Shown: piece by piece, positions 1 to 8,201 of the stretch
Numbering within the stretch: the first letter of the stretch is position 1
Layout: each line of letters opens with the position of its first letter
Origin: an uncultured bacterium
GTDB lineage: Bacteria; Planctomycetota; UBA1135; UBA2386
Assembly (NCBI GenBank): GCA_937906475.1
Contig: CALCZA010000021.1
Location: forward strand, 60,220 to 124,219
Length of the DNA: 64,000 nucleotides
Direction: 5' to 3'
The notes under the pieces: model-generated
The model's database searches: none
Told to the model about the DNA's origin: nothing
The model's input: only the letters and a program-made list of their open reading frames with translations
Position numbers and translations under genes: made by a program

Positions 1-212
1 AAACCACGACCAAGCCCGACAGCAACGCGATGGGCGGCACGGCAGTAGTAATTCCCGCTGGTGGTTCGGAGTTGGTCGAGGTTGATGAACCAGCTACGTC
101 GGGCGATTTGCCACCGACGGGCGGTGACGGTGGCGGCGTGTCCTTCATGATGATCATCGGTGGCGGCGTGTTCTTGCTCGCCATGCTTGTCTTGCTGATG
201 CGCAAGAACTAG
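1..212 (+). CDS. C-terminal end of a membrane-anchored protein (partial; starts upstream of window) with LPPTG + hydrophobic helix + RKN tail
   Basis: Frame is open from position 3 (TTTKPDSNAM...). It has a Pro/Gly/Thr linker, LPPTG at 108-122, then VSFMMIIGGGVFLLAMLVLLM and RKN-stop. Confidence 0.7.
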   Translation, partial: TTTKPDSNAMGGTAVVIPAGGSELVEVDEPATSGDLPPTGGDGGGVSFMMIIGGGVFLLAMLVLLMRKN

Positions 213-496
213 CAGCCGATCTGGCAGTCGCGTGCCGCGTAGTCTGGCAGGCACGACAGTGCGCAGTCCCTAATTGGTCGATTGCGGAAGCGGTTCCACC
301 AGAATATCGGCGATCGAACGATTGGTGATATCGGCTGATGTGGGGGCACAAGGGGCTAATTGGCCAATCCTCGCCCAGCGACAGGCACGCTTATTGTTCT
401 GTTTCGGAGGTAAGTGCGTCCGACTTACGCAGAGGAACGAAGTTCCTAACGACTGTGTCTGTCGTATCACGTGCGACCCTTCCCGGTGACTTAACC

Positions 497-1705
497 ATGG
501 TGCTAGCCAAGATCCTCCGTCGCTCGCTTCCGAAGCTTCGTCCGCAACAACTGGTTGCGTTGACTGAGCTAGATGTTTTGCTCGATGTTGACACCGATGA
601 CTTCGGTGCCAACGTCAAGAAGGTTGCCAAGCTATTCGCTAAGTCGGAAGCGACGCTCGATCTCGAAACGTATCGGCAGCAGCGCTTCGACGCTGCCAGC
701 CTGACAGGCGTATCCGATCTACCCGACATCCGGGACGCGCTCTACTCGGCGGACTTGAAGCGCATGCCACAGATGGGGCGCGAGGAAGAGTTCCGCATGG
801 CGCGGCGCCATGAGTTCCTCGTTGGTGTGCTTACTTGGTCGTTGTCGCGCTTCGGCGTCGAGGCTGCAGCGATTGCCAGTTTACTGAAGCAACCTGCCCA
901 CCGCATTCTGGCGGCCATTACCGAACGTGCCGAGCCACGCGGTCTAACGCGTCGTTGGGTTGAGCAGATGATTCTGCAATACGAGCACCTGCGTAACCTC
1001 TACGTCGAGGGTGCTCTCTACATCGTCTTGAGCACGGTCAATCGTTACCGCAACCTCGGCGTTGATTCGCAAGACCTCGTGCAAGAAGGCAACGCATCGT
1101 TGTTCCAAGCGATCGATGGCTTTGATTGGCGCCGCGATGTTCGCTTCCGGACCTACGGGCAGTACTGGGTGCACCAGGCTGTGTTGAAGATGCTCTACAA
1201 CAGTTCGCGCACCGTTCGTGTGCCGATCTGGGTGCAGAAGATCCTCGGCAAGATTCGGCGCGCGCAAGAAGCCGGTCGTCGCGAAGGTCGTGAGTTGACG
1301 AATGCGGAGATCGCATCGCGGATCGATGTATCGGAATCGAAGGTCGCGTGGGTCTTGTCGACTCGTCGCTATGCCGTCAGCCTTGATGCTACGATGGGTA
1401 ATGACGACGGTGGCGTGACCCTCGGCCAGATGCTTCCTGACGTTGACCAAGTGCCGGTTCCGGAGGCCATTCCCGCCGGTGACCTGCGCGCTGTTTTGGC
1501 CGAAGTGATGTCCGACTTGCCCGAACGTGAACAAGGCATCCTGTCGCGCCGCTTCGGTCTTGGTGGTGATGAGCCGGAAACTCTCTGTGAGATTGCCGAT
1601 GATCTCGGTATCACCGCTGAGCGAGTTCGTCAGTTGCAGAACGCGGCGCTCGGACGCATCAAGCGTCCAGGCAAGATGAACCGCCTACGGGCGTTCGTCG
1701 ATTGA
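497..1705 (+). CDS. RNA polymerase sigma-70 family factor (RpoD/RpoS-like, group 1/2-type regions 2-4)
   Basis: Region 2 DLVQEGNASLFQAIDGFDWRRDVRFRTYGQYWV, region 3 RTVRVP...SLD, region 4 ETLCEIADDLGITAERVRQLQNAAL. ATG at 497 is preferred over the longest-ORF start at 338. Confidence 0.9.
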   Translation: MVLAKILRRSLPKLRPQQLVALTELDVLLDVDTDDFGANVKKVAKLFAKSEATLDLETYRQQRFDAASLTGVSDLPDIRDALYSADLKRMPQMGREEEFRMARRHEFLVGVLTWSLSRFGVEAAAIASLLKQPAHRILAAITERAEPRGLTRRWVEQMILQYEHLRNLYVEGALYIVLSTVNRYRNLGVDSQDLVQEGNASLFQAIDGFDWRRDVRFRTYGQYWVHQAVLKMLYNSSRTVRVPIWVQKILGKIRRAQEAGRREGRELTNAEIASRIDVSESKVAWVLSTRRYAVSLDATMGNDDGGVTLGQMLPDVDQVPVPEAIPAGDLRAVLAEVMSDLPEREQGILSRRFGLGGDEPETLCEIADDLGITAERVRQLQNAALGRIKRPGKMNRLRAFVD

Positions 1706-2572
1706 TTCGCGGTCCTGCTCGCTGCGCGTGCCGGCGACCATGTTGTCGTAGGCGTTGTCGAGCAGTTGCTTGTAGACATCAGGTCGCAAGTCTGCCGCGA
1801 TGGGGAGCACCCTCCGCATCGTGCGCACCTTGCGCAGTTCGATGGCTGCGAGCGTCGCCCCGGCATCGCCATTCCCGGTTGCGAGGATCTCGCCCATCGG
1901 GTCGATGATTCGGCCATCGCCGGGAAACGACATTGGCTCGTCGGTGCGCAGCGACGGTTCTTGGCCAGTGCGATTGCAGCCAATCACGAACAGTTCATTT
2001 TCGATAGCCCGTGCTCGCAACAATGTGCGCCAATGCTGCGCGCGCGCTTCGGGCCATTGTCCGGGCACGACCAGCACTTCCGCGCCTTGGTGAAAGTAGT
2101 GGCGCGATAGCTCCGGGAAGCGAATGTCGTAGCAGAGCATCACGCCGAGCTTGCCTACTTCGGTTTCGACTACACACGGATGATCGCCAGCCGCGTGATG
2201 ACGATGCTCGAGGTTGGCCGAGAACAAGTGGATCTTGCGATACGACCCCAGGACTTCGCCGCGCTGGTAGACGCGCGCGGTGTTGAAGACCTGACCATTG
2301 TCTGGCTCGATCGAACTACCGACAATGACTAGCGAGTGCTCCTTCGAGAGCTCCTGCAAGGTCTGGTCGGCTTCTTTGACGCGAGCGAACAAGTCGTCGT
2401 CGAAGGAGTCCAAGAACGAAGTCGACCACAGTTCTGGCAGCACACATAGGCGTGCTCCAGCCGCAACTGCTTCTTCGATGCCAGCCTGCATCGACGCAAC
2501 GTTGGCGACGACATCGCCGGAGGCGACATCGAACTGGACACAGGCAGCGTAGTATTCCTCGGGCACAGTCAC
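1685..2572 (-). CDS. Carbon-nitrogen hydrolase (nitrilase/omega-amidase family)
   Basis: Catalytic triad motifs LPELW (Glu), YRKIHLF (Lys) and LCYDIRFPE (Cys); also RARAIEN. Confidence 0.92.
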   Translation of the reverse strand: MTVPEEYYAACVQFDVASGDVVANVASMQAGIEEAVAAGARLCVLPELWSTSFLDSFDDDLFARVKEADQTLQELSKEHSLVIVGSSIEPDNGQVFNTARVYQRGEVLGSYRKIHLFSANLEHRHHAAGDHPCVVETEVGKLGVMLCYDIRFPELSRHYFHQGAEVLVVPGQWPEARAQHWRTLLRARAIENELFVIGCNRTGQEPSLRTDEPMSFPGDGRIIDPMGEILATGNGDAGATLAAIELRKVRTMRRVLPIAADLRPDVYKQLLDNAYDNMVAGTRSEQDRESIDERP

Positions 2573-2625
2573 GTTCGCAACGATAGCTCGATTAGTGGTT
2601 GCCGAGAACCTTCTCCGTGTACGAA

Positions 2626-2658
2626 ACCAGGAGGCTGGCTGAGAGCCGGCCTCCTGGT
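2626..2658 (-). terminator. Probable intrinsic terminator downstream of the HU gene
   Basis: 14-bp inverted repeat accaggaggctggc / gccggcctcctggt with a 5-nt loop, 22 nt after the HU stop. The U-tract on the minus strand is short. Confidence 0.6.
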
Positions 2659-2680
2659 CACTTGATTCGGGTTCTTCCGA

Positions 2681-3106
2681 CTAGCCCTTGAACAGGATGT
2701 TGTCGGTCGGAGTGCCGGTCTGCTTCTTGGCCCGCGGAGCCGCGTTGGACTTCGTGTCGGCGATCAGTTGGTCGCTTGGCTTGAAGATAATCGTCTCCTT
2801 GTTGGCTACTTCGATGCTGGCGCCGGTCAGGGGGTGCTTGTAAGCACGGCCCTTGCGGATACGGCGCTCGAACGTCCCGAAGCCCTTTACAGCAACCTTG
2901 CCGCGTGCGTGGAGCAAGTCGCTCACTGCGTCAAGAACTGCATCCAGAACGCGAGCAGCGGTGCGCCGCGGCACATTGAGTTCCTCGGCGACGCTGTCGG
3001 CGAGAATGCCCTTGTTGGCCTGGCGACTGAACTGCTCTTCGTTGGCTGCCAGCCCCGTTGCATGATCTTTGCTTGAGATAGCGTCTCGATTAGTAGTATG
3101 CGTCAT
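2681..3106 (-). CDS. HU/IHF family DNA-binding protein with N- and C-terminal extensions
   Basis: Motifs VAVKGFGTFERRIRKGR...HPLTG...IIFKPSDQL; purine-rich SD (aaaggactgaagg) upstream. Confidence 0.88.
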   Translation of the reverse strand: MTHTTNRDAISSKDHATGLAANEEQFSRQANKGILADSVAEELNVPRRTAARVLDAVLDAVSDLLHARGKVAVKGFGTFERRIRKGRAYKHPLTGASIEVANKETIIFKPSDQLIADTKSNAAPRAKKQTGTPTDNILFKG

Positions 3107-3140
3107 CCTTCAGTCCTTTTCCTCAGTGGTCCTGTTTAAT

Positions 3141-3200
3141 ACAGCGCGCGCAAGCGTGCTGCTCCCTGTTACAGCGCGCGCAAGCGTGCTGCTCCTTGTT
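3141..3200. repeat. Two-copy 30-bp tandem direct repeat; each unit contains a hairpin (cagcgcgc-gcaa-gcgtgctg)
   Basis: acagcgcgcgcaagcgtgctgctccctgtt at 3141-3170 and acagcgcgcgcaagcgtgctgctccttgtt at 3171-3200 (1 mismatch). Confidence 0.9.
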
Positions 3201-3219
3201 TCGTGTTTGTCTGTCCCCG

Positions 3220-4035
3220 TCAATTCTTAGCGGCCTGCGGTATTGGCTTGGCAGTCTCGATATAGCGTTCGAGACCTGAAACCAGTTTGGCGAGGTAGCG
3301 CGTTGCTGCACTGCCGGGGAATACTTCGCTGAATGGTGCACGCTTCAAAACGGCGCCCTCAACGGAGCTATCTTCGGGTAGCAGTCCGAGCCAGTTGAGG
3401 TCGAACCCTAAAAATCGTTCGGTGCAGCTCTTGAGTTTGTGGAAAACCTGCTCGGCTTCCCTGGGCGATCGCACGCGATTGACGACCGTGTGAATTGGCT
3501 TCTCAAAGCCATCCTGCACGATCACCTTGACGATGCCGTAGGCATCGGCAATCGCGGCGAAGTTGCTCGTGGTCACGAGCACCGCTTGATCCGCGAGGTG
3601 CACGAAGTCCGTGACGCCCTTCGAGATACCAGCCCCGGTGTCTAGGATGATAATGTCACAGAACTTCGCCAAGTCCTCGACAGCCACGCAGATTTGCGAG
3701 CGGCCGTTGTCGTCAAGGTTGGCCATGTCCTTCACGCCACTGCCACCGCTGATGAACTTCACTTGGCACGGGCCGTCGACAATGATGTCGGCGAGTTCCG
3801 CGTTGCCAGAGATGTAGTCCGACAACGTCTTCTCTGGCTTGATGCCTGCGAGAATGTGCGCGTTGGCAAGGCCTAGGTCCGCATCAATGATGATGGTCCG
3901 GTAGCCACGCCGGCTGAACTCACATGCGAGGTTGACGGAGAGTGACGTCTTGCCAACACCCCCCTTTCCGGATGTCACAGCGAAGATCTTTGCGCGCTCG
4001 GCGCTCTTCTTCAGTGTGTTCGGTTGCTCGACCAT
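3220..4035 (-). CDS. MinD/ParA family ATPase, FlhG/FleN-like
   Basis: Deviant Walker A SGKGGVGKT, IIDADLGLAN, IILDTGAGIS, AIADAYGIVK. Confidence 0.9.
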   Translation of the reverse strand: MVEQPNTLKKSAERAKIFAVTSGKGGVGKTSLSVNLACEFSRRGYRTIIIDADLGLANAHILAGIKPEKTLSDYISGNAELADIIVDGPCQVKFISGGSGVKDMANLDDNGRSQICVAVEDLAKFCDIIILDTGAGISKGVTDFVHLADQAVLVTTSNFAAIADAYGIVKVIVQDGFEKPIHTVVNRVRSPREAEQVFHKLKSCTERFLGFDLNWLGLLPEDSSVEGAVLKRAPFSEVFPGSAATRYLAKLVSGLERYIETAKPIPQAAKN

Positions 4036-4291
4036 TTTGATGATTCAGTTCGACGAGTGCTCCTCGTTCATCAGAACCATCGGCGGAAGCAGTAGTGGGG
4101 CTTGCGTCCAAGTCCGGAACATCCCTGCTCTAAGTGCGCAGAATCTCCAGCTAGTTGGTCGAATAAAGTGGTGCGCGATATGCAATAGGGCCGGTGTTCC
4201 TGGCACGTGCTCTTTGCCAGTGTCTCAATTTGAAACAACGTCCGGCGTACGCCGTCGCAACGGTGTTTTTTGCGATGGAGCTTCGCGAGTC

Positions 4292-4693
4292 ATGCTGCTG
4301 CGGGTCTCAGTAGTTGTTGCGATTTGCATCGATGCAACCTGGTTTGCTGTCGAGTGTGTGTCGCAGCTGCAGTCACTCACTTCTGCTGATCTGCCTGCTA
4401 CCGATGGAATGGTGGTTTCTGCATCACTACTCGTCCTCGTCTTGCTTATGGACGTGGCCAATTTTGCGCGGCGCTTTCATCGATCCGATCAACAAGTGCG
4501 TGCAGCAATGCAACGCATCCGGCCCGGTGATGTTGACTTTCGCGTCGCTTTGCGTCGCAGTGAACCTCTGAGCCGGTTACTGCACGAGTGCAATCGGCTT
4601 TTGGAATGGCTCAATCGCAACCGGCCAGGCGGCGTGCACAACGGCGAACATGTCTTCGAAATTGATTGCGATGACCATGATGGAGGCGCATGA
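4292..4693 (+). CDS. Small membrane protein with HAMP-like segment (possibly degenerate)
   Basis: Two hydrophobic segments, then MQRIRPGDVDFRVALRRSEPLSRLLHECNRLLEWL, which resembles a HAMP linker. Codon usage is atypical and the start is uncertain. Confidence 0.4.
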   Translation: MLLRVSVVVAICIDATWFAVECVSQLQSLTSADLPATDGMVVSASLLVLVLLMDVANFARRFHRSDQQVRAAMQRIRPGDVDFRVALRRSEPLSRLLHECNRLLEWLNRNRPGGVHNGEHVFEIDCDDHDGGA

Positions 4694-4750
4694 AAAATTC
4701 TTGCGAACGTAGGTAGGTTAAGGACACCAGCGTCGTCGTCGCTCCTAGTT

Positions 4751-5104
4751 GTGTCGGGCAGGTTGCTGCTGGTCTGCTGCGCCTCGGTGGTCATTTCGGC
4801 TCAGGATGGCAGCTTGGGAGTGGTCCTCAGGGGATCGTTTGCTCACGGGGGCTACGTTCTCTGGGCCCGCAGAGGGTTGCGGCAGTGTCTACTTTGGGCT
4901 GCCGGAATCGCCGATGTGTATGGTCCGCTGCTGCTTCGCTACGGAGCCACCAAGCTGGCAAACCCGGCCACTCCGGCGCAGCAGGTCGCGTTGCGACCGC
5001 TGGGGCTGGAACAGTGGACCTGCCGACTTGGGTGGGGCCGGATCCCCGGGTTTGCCGTCAGTGGTCTGCCGGGTCCTGGCCGTCAGGATTTCCGTCTTCG
5101 CTAA
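4751..5104 (+). CDS. Hypothetical protein (uncertain)
   Basis: 117-aa ORF filling the gap before the tRNA, with a signal-peptide-like N-terminus and no recognisable motif. Confidence 0.25.
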   Translation: MSGRLLLVCCASVVISAQDGSLGVVLRGSFAHGGYVLWARRGLRQCLLWAAGIADVYGPLLLRYGATKLANPATPAQQVALRPLGLEQWTCRLGWGRIPGFAVSGLPGPGRQDFRLR

Positions 5105-5151
5105 CCTCTTTACCCGGCCGGGTTCGCTCGCTAGCGTATCCGCCCCACTGC

Positions 5152-5227
5152 GGGGTCGTAGCTCAGTTGGTAGAGCGCTGCGTTCGCAACGCAGAGGTCA
5201 GGGGTTCGACCCCCCTCGATTCCACCA
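5152..5227 (+). tRNA. tRNA-Ala (anticodon CGC)
   Basis: Cloverleaf GGGGTCG-TA-GCTCAGTTGGTAGAGC-G-CTGCG-TT-CGC-AA-CGCAG-AGGTC-AGGGG-TTCGACC-CCCCT-CGATTCC-A-CCA, with the G3:U70 alanine identity pair and encoded CCA. Confidence 0.97.
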
Positions 5228-5232
5228 GTTTT

Positions 5233-5260
5233 CGTCCCTGGCCAGCGATGGTCAGGGACG
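5233..5260 (+). terminator. Stem-loop immediately 3' of the tRNA (terminator or processing signal, possibly bidirectional with mqnA)
   Basis: cgtccctggcca-gcga-tggtcagggacg: 12-bp stem with a GNRA loop. Confidence 0.55.
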
Positions 5261-5325
5261 CAACTCTTGTTGGCGGCCCGCAGTGGTGAGATTCGCAGAC
5301 CCTCTCGTGATCCGGAAGTCTGTTC

Positions 5326-6066
5326 TTATGGCGATATGAACGCTGGGTCCGGTTGCGATGCCAGTCCTAGCGCCCGGCACTCAGCCCAGAATCGCTTCAC
5401 GCCACGGACGTCCTCCGCATCGAGTTCGTAGTGCGCCGCGCCTTCTGTGCCATCTACGGCACCACGTTCTCTGCCCACCGTTCGCGCACGATGCAACGCT
5501 GGCAGCACCGCTGCATGGTCGACGCCAGGTCGCATTACCCAAAGCGCGAACACAAACGGCAACCCAGTCCAGTGAACCCATTCAGTGCCGAGATCCCAGA
5601 TCTCACGTTCGCCCGCATCTGCCTCGAGCCCCGGGTCACCGATCAACATGACCAAGTCATGCGGCAACGCGTCAGGCTGTCGCGTTGGCTCGATGGTTGA
5701 GAACTCAGGTTCGCCATCGGTTTCGTTTTTGTAGACGTGGTGCAGCAGCAATTTCAACAACGCGACTGTGGTGGCGGAACTCTGATCGCAACCAACCGTG
5801 CGGATCTTCTGACCGCGACGCCGGAACGCACGCACCGAGCGGATCTCTTGCTTGCAGGCGATGCCTAGGTCAGCTGCGACGGTGTAGCCCGGATGGCGAA
5901 TCGCCTCGATCGATGACAGCAACGCCGCGTCCAGCTTGCCTTCACGCAAGTCGGGAATCATCGCGGTCGGTGGCGCCAGCACGAGTTCTAGATTCGGATC
6001 TTCGTCGAGCCCGCCGAGAAGGGGGGCGCCGACACCGTAGGGGACTCCGCCGATTCGAATGCTCAC
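5326..6066 (-). CDS. mqnA: Chorismate dehydratase, futalosine menaquinone pathway
   Basis: IRIGGVPY...P, LREGKLDAALLSSIE, SATTVALLK, MLIGDPGL, DLGTEWVHWTGLPFVFALW are typical of MqnA. Confidence 0.82.
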   Translation of the reverse strand: MSIRIGGVPYGVGAPLLGGLDEDPNLELVLAPPTAMIPDLREGKLDAALLSSIEAIRHPGYTVAADLGIACKQEIRSVRAFRRRGQKIRTVGCDQSSATTVALLKLLLHHVYKNETDGEPEFSTIEPTRQPDALPHDLVMLIGDPGLEADAGEREIWDLGTEWVHWTGLPFVFALWVMRPGVDHAAVLPALHRARTVGRERGAVDGTEGAAHYELDAEDVRGVKRFWAECRALGLASQPDPAFISP

Positions 6067-6204
6067 TGATGCAGGGTGGGTTGGGTTCGCGTGACCGTCG
6101 TGATGGTAGCGAGTCTGCTGCGCGGACTACACAGTCGAACCATCGGTCTCATGCGTGTCACATCAAGCAGTGCCTGGCGAAGCGCTCTACAGTCAACAAG
6201 ATCC

Positions 6205-7914
6205 ATGATGCACCTTCATCGAACGGTTCTCGCAACGGTTGCTGCGTTGCTCGCGGGGCTTGTGCCAGTTTGCGCCCAGTATGACCCGAACTGGCCAGAG
6301 CCGTTGTTGCCGCTGGCCGGCACGATGTTCTTGGGTGGCGGCGGCGAACTGCCCCAGGATACTCTGGCTCGATTCGTGCAGATGGCGGGCGGTGACGAGG
6401 CGAACCTTGTCGTGCTCACTACCAGCGAAACTGCTGCGGTGCCCGCGGCGCTGAAGCAGGCGGCGGTCGTCAAGGTGCTGGCGGCTGATGCTGCGGAATT
6501 AGCTCAGGCCGCTACGAGATTGGCAACGGCGACTGGCGTCTGGTTGCTTGCCGATAGTGGCAAGCAGTTTGCGGACATGTTCCGCGGCAGCGTCGTCGAA
6601 AGTCAGTTGTTCATGCTGGTGCATCGCAGTGGCGTGCTCGGAGCGAACGGAGACGTTGTGACAGCTATGACCGCGACGCGCATCACCGGTGGCGACGTGC
6701 ACGCGACCCTGGCAACTGGCTTGGACCTCGTGCCGGGAGCCGTCATCGATGCGAACTACCAGGTAGATCTTCATCAGAATCGATTGCTCGGCGTGCTGGC
6801 GAGTCAGCCGGAGTTGGTGGGAATCGGGATCGAAACCGGCACGGTGACGGTGCTGCACAACCGGTTCTTCGATGTCTTCGGCCAAGGCAGTGCCTATGCC
6901 TGCGTGGCGGCGAACGAACACCTGGCGGTGCGCATCGAACGCATCCATCCGGATGTGTCGCCGCGCAGTCAGCGGGTTGCCCCGCGCAAGGCACCGCAAC
7001 GAAACAGCCGTCGCGCCCCGCGGGTTGGTGCCGCACCGCGCGATGGCCGAGAACGTGTCCGCCGCTATCGCCCCCGTCGATTAGAAGATTTGATGGCGAT
7101 GAGTCGCGACGCGATGGCGCGCACGCGGGCACGATTTCCTTCGCTCAAGCCAGGCACCCCCAACGTCAAGGTGGGGGCATTGATCATCGTCGGTGGTGGC
7201 GGTAGTCCCGCGGGCTTCATGGACAAGTTCATGGAACTGGCTGGCGGCAAAGATGCGTTGCTGCTTTACATCCCGTGCACGGAGAGCCAAGAGGCCAACG
7301 CCGAACGCACATTGGCGAGGTGGCGTCGCGCTGGCGCGACCGACGTCGACGTCATCCACACCAAGGATCGTTACGAAGCCGACACGAGCAAGGAGATCCA
7401 CGACAAGTTGCGCCGTGCCGGGGGCCTATTCTTTGGCGGCGGCCGGCAGTGGAACCTAGTCGATTCGTGGCAACACACTGAGTCGCATCGCTTGATGCAC
7501 GAAGTGTTGGCGCGCGGCGGAGTCATCGCTGGGTCGTCTGCAGGGGCTTCCATCCAAGGCTCCTACATGGCGCGCGGCAATTCACTGGGCAACGTCGACT
7601 CAATGGCGCCCGGCTACGACACTGGCCTCGGGTTTCTGACTGGGGTCGCGATTGATCAACACTTCTCGCAGCGCGGCCGGCAGCCCGACATGACCATGCT
7701 GGTCAATCGTCATCCGCAACTGCTTGGCATCGGTCTCGATGAAGCCTCGTCGATCATCGTGCAAGGAACGATCGCGACGTGTTTCAGTCGCGAAGGTCGC
7801 AACGTGCACTTTTACGACCGCAACTTGCCGGTCGTCCCGGAGCAACCGGACTACTTACGGCTGTCGAACGGCCAGCAATTCGACCTCGCCCATCGCAAGG
7901 TGATCGCGAAGTGA
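6205..7914 (+). CDS. Secreted tandem-domain cyanophycinase-like peptidase (peptidase S51 family)
   Basis: Signal peptide ending ...VCAQ and two S51-like domains. Domain 2 has FFGGGRQ, GSSAG nucleophile elbow, IDQHFSQRGR and GIGLDE. Confidence 0.85.
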   Translation: MMHLHRTVLATVAALLAGLVPVCAQYDPNWPEPLLPLAGTMFLGGGGELPQDTLARFVQMAGGDEANLVVLTTSETAAVPAALKQAAVVKVLAADAAELAQAATRLATATGVWLLADSGKQFADMFRGSVVESQLFMLVHRSGVLGANGDVVTAMTATRITGGDVHATLATGLDLVPGAVIDANYQVDLHQNRLLGVLASQPELVGIGIETGTVTVLHNRFFDVFGQGSAYACVAANEHLAVRIERIHPDVSPRSQRVAPRKAPQRNSRRAPRVGAAPRDGRERVRRYRPRRLEDLMAMSRDAMARTRARFPSLKPGTPNVKVGALIIVGGGGSPAGFMDKFMELAGGKDALLLYIPCTESQEANAERTLARWRRAGATDVDVIHTKDRYEADTSKEIHDKLRRAGGLFFGGGRQWNLVDSWQHTESHRLMHEVLARGGVIAGSSAGASIQGSYMARGNSLGNVDSMAPGYDTGLGFLTGVAIDQHFSQRGRQPDMTMLVNRHPQLLGIGLDEASSIIVQGTIATCFSREGRNVHFYDRNLPVVPEQPDYLRLSNGQQFDLAHRKVIAK

Positions 7915-8201
7915 CAGATCGTGAATTGGCTGGCGAGTTAGCGATGGATCGAGATGCCGTGGCCGGGCGCGGGTACTTGCACGGGTCCGTTCGCGAGCGT
8001 GGCTGTGACGAAGGCTTAATCGACGTCAATGACGGTCGATGCGTGCGATAGACCGGCTACCGAGGATTTCCAACGCAGTTTTTTTCCAGCCGGTACATCC
8101 GAAGGATGACCGAGGAGGAGCGCAGGGTAGAGCGCGCGCGAATGTCGCAAACGTATCTGCATGCCTATGTCGCGCCGAGTGGCGCTTAGGATGAGGGACA
8201 G

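Noticed and set aside
338..496. N-terminal extension of the sigma factor given by the longest ORF
   Set aside because: The region is more AT-rich and promoter-like; ATG 497 is more plausible. The same logic was applied to shortened starts of several other genes.
3141..3200. 30-bp palindromic repeat as a CRISPR array
   Set aside because: Only two directly abutting copies, no spacer and no cas genes.
5152..5330. tRNA-Ala as the integration site of an island containing the propeller cluster
   Set aside because: No integrase, no duplicated tRNA 3' end seen elsewhere in the window, and cluster composition matches the flanks.
5326..6066. mqnA as part of the central biosynthetic cluster
   Set aside because: It is a housekeeping menaquinone gene, separately oriented and more than 13 kb from the enzyme operon, with no evidence of linkage.
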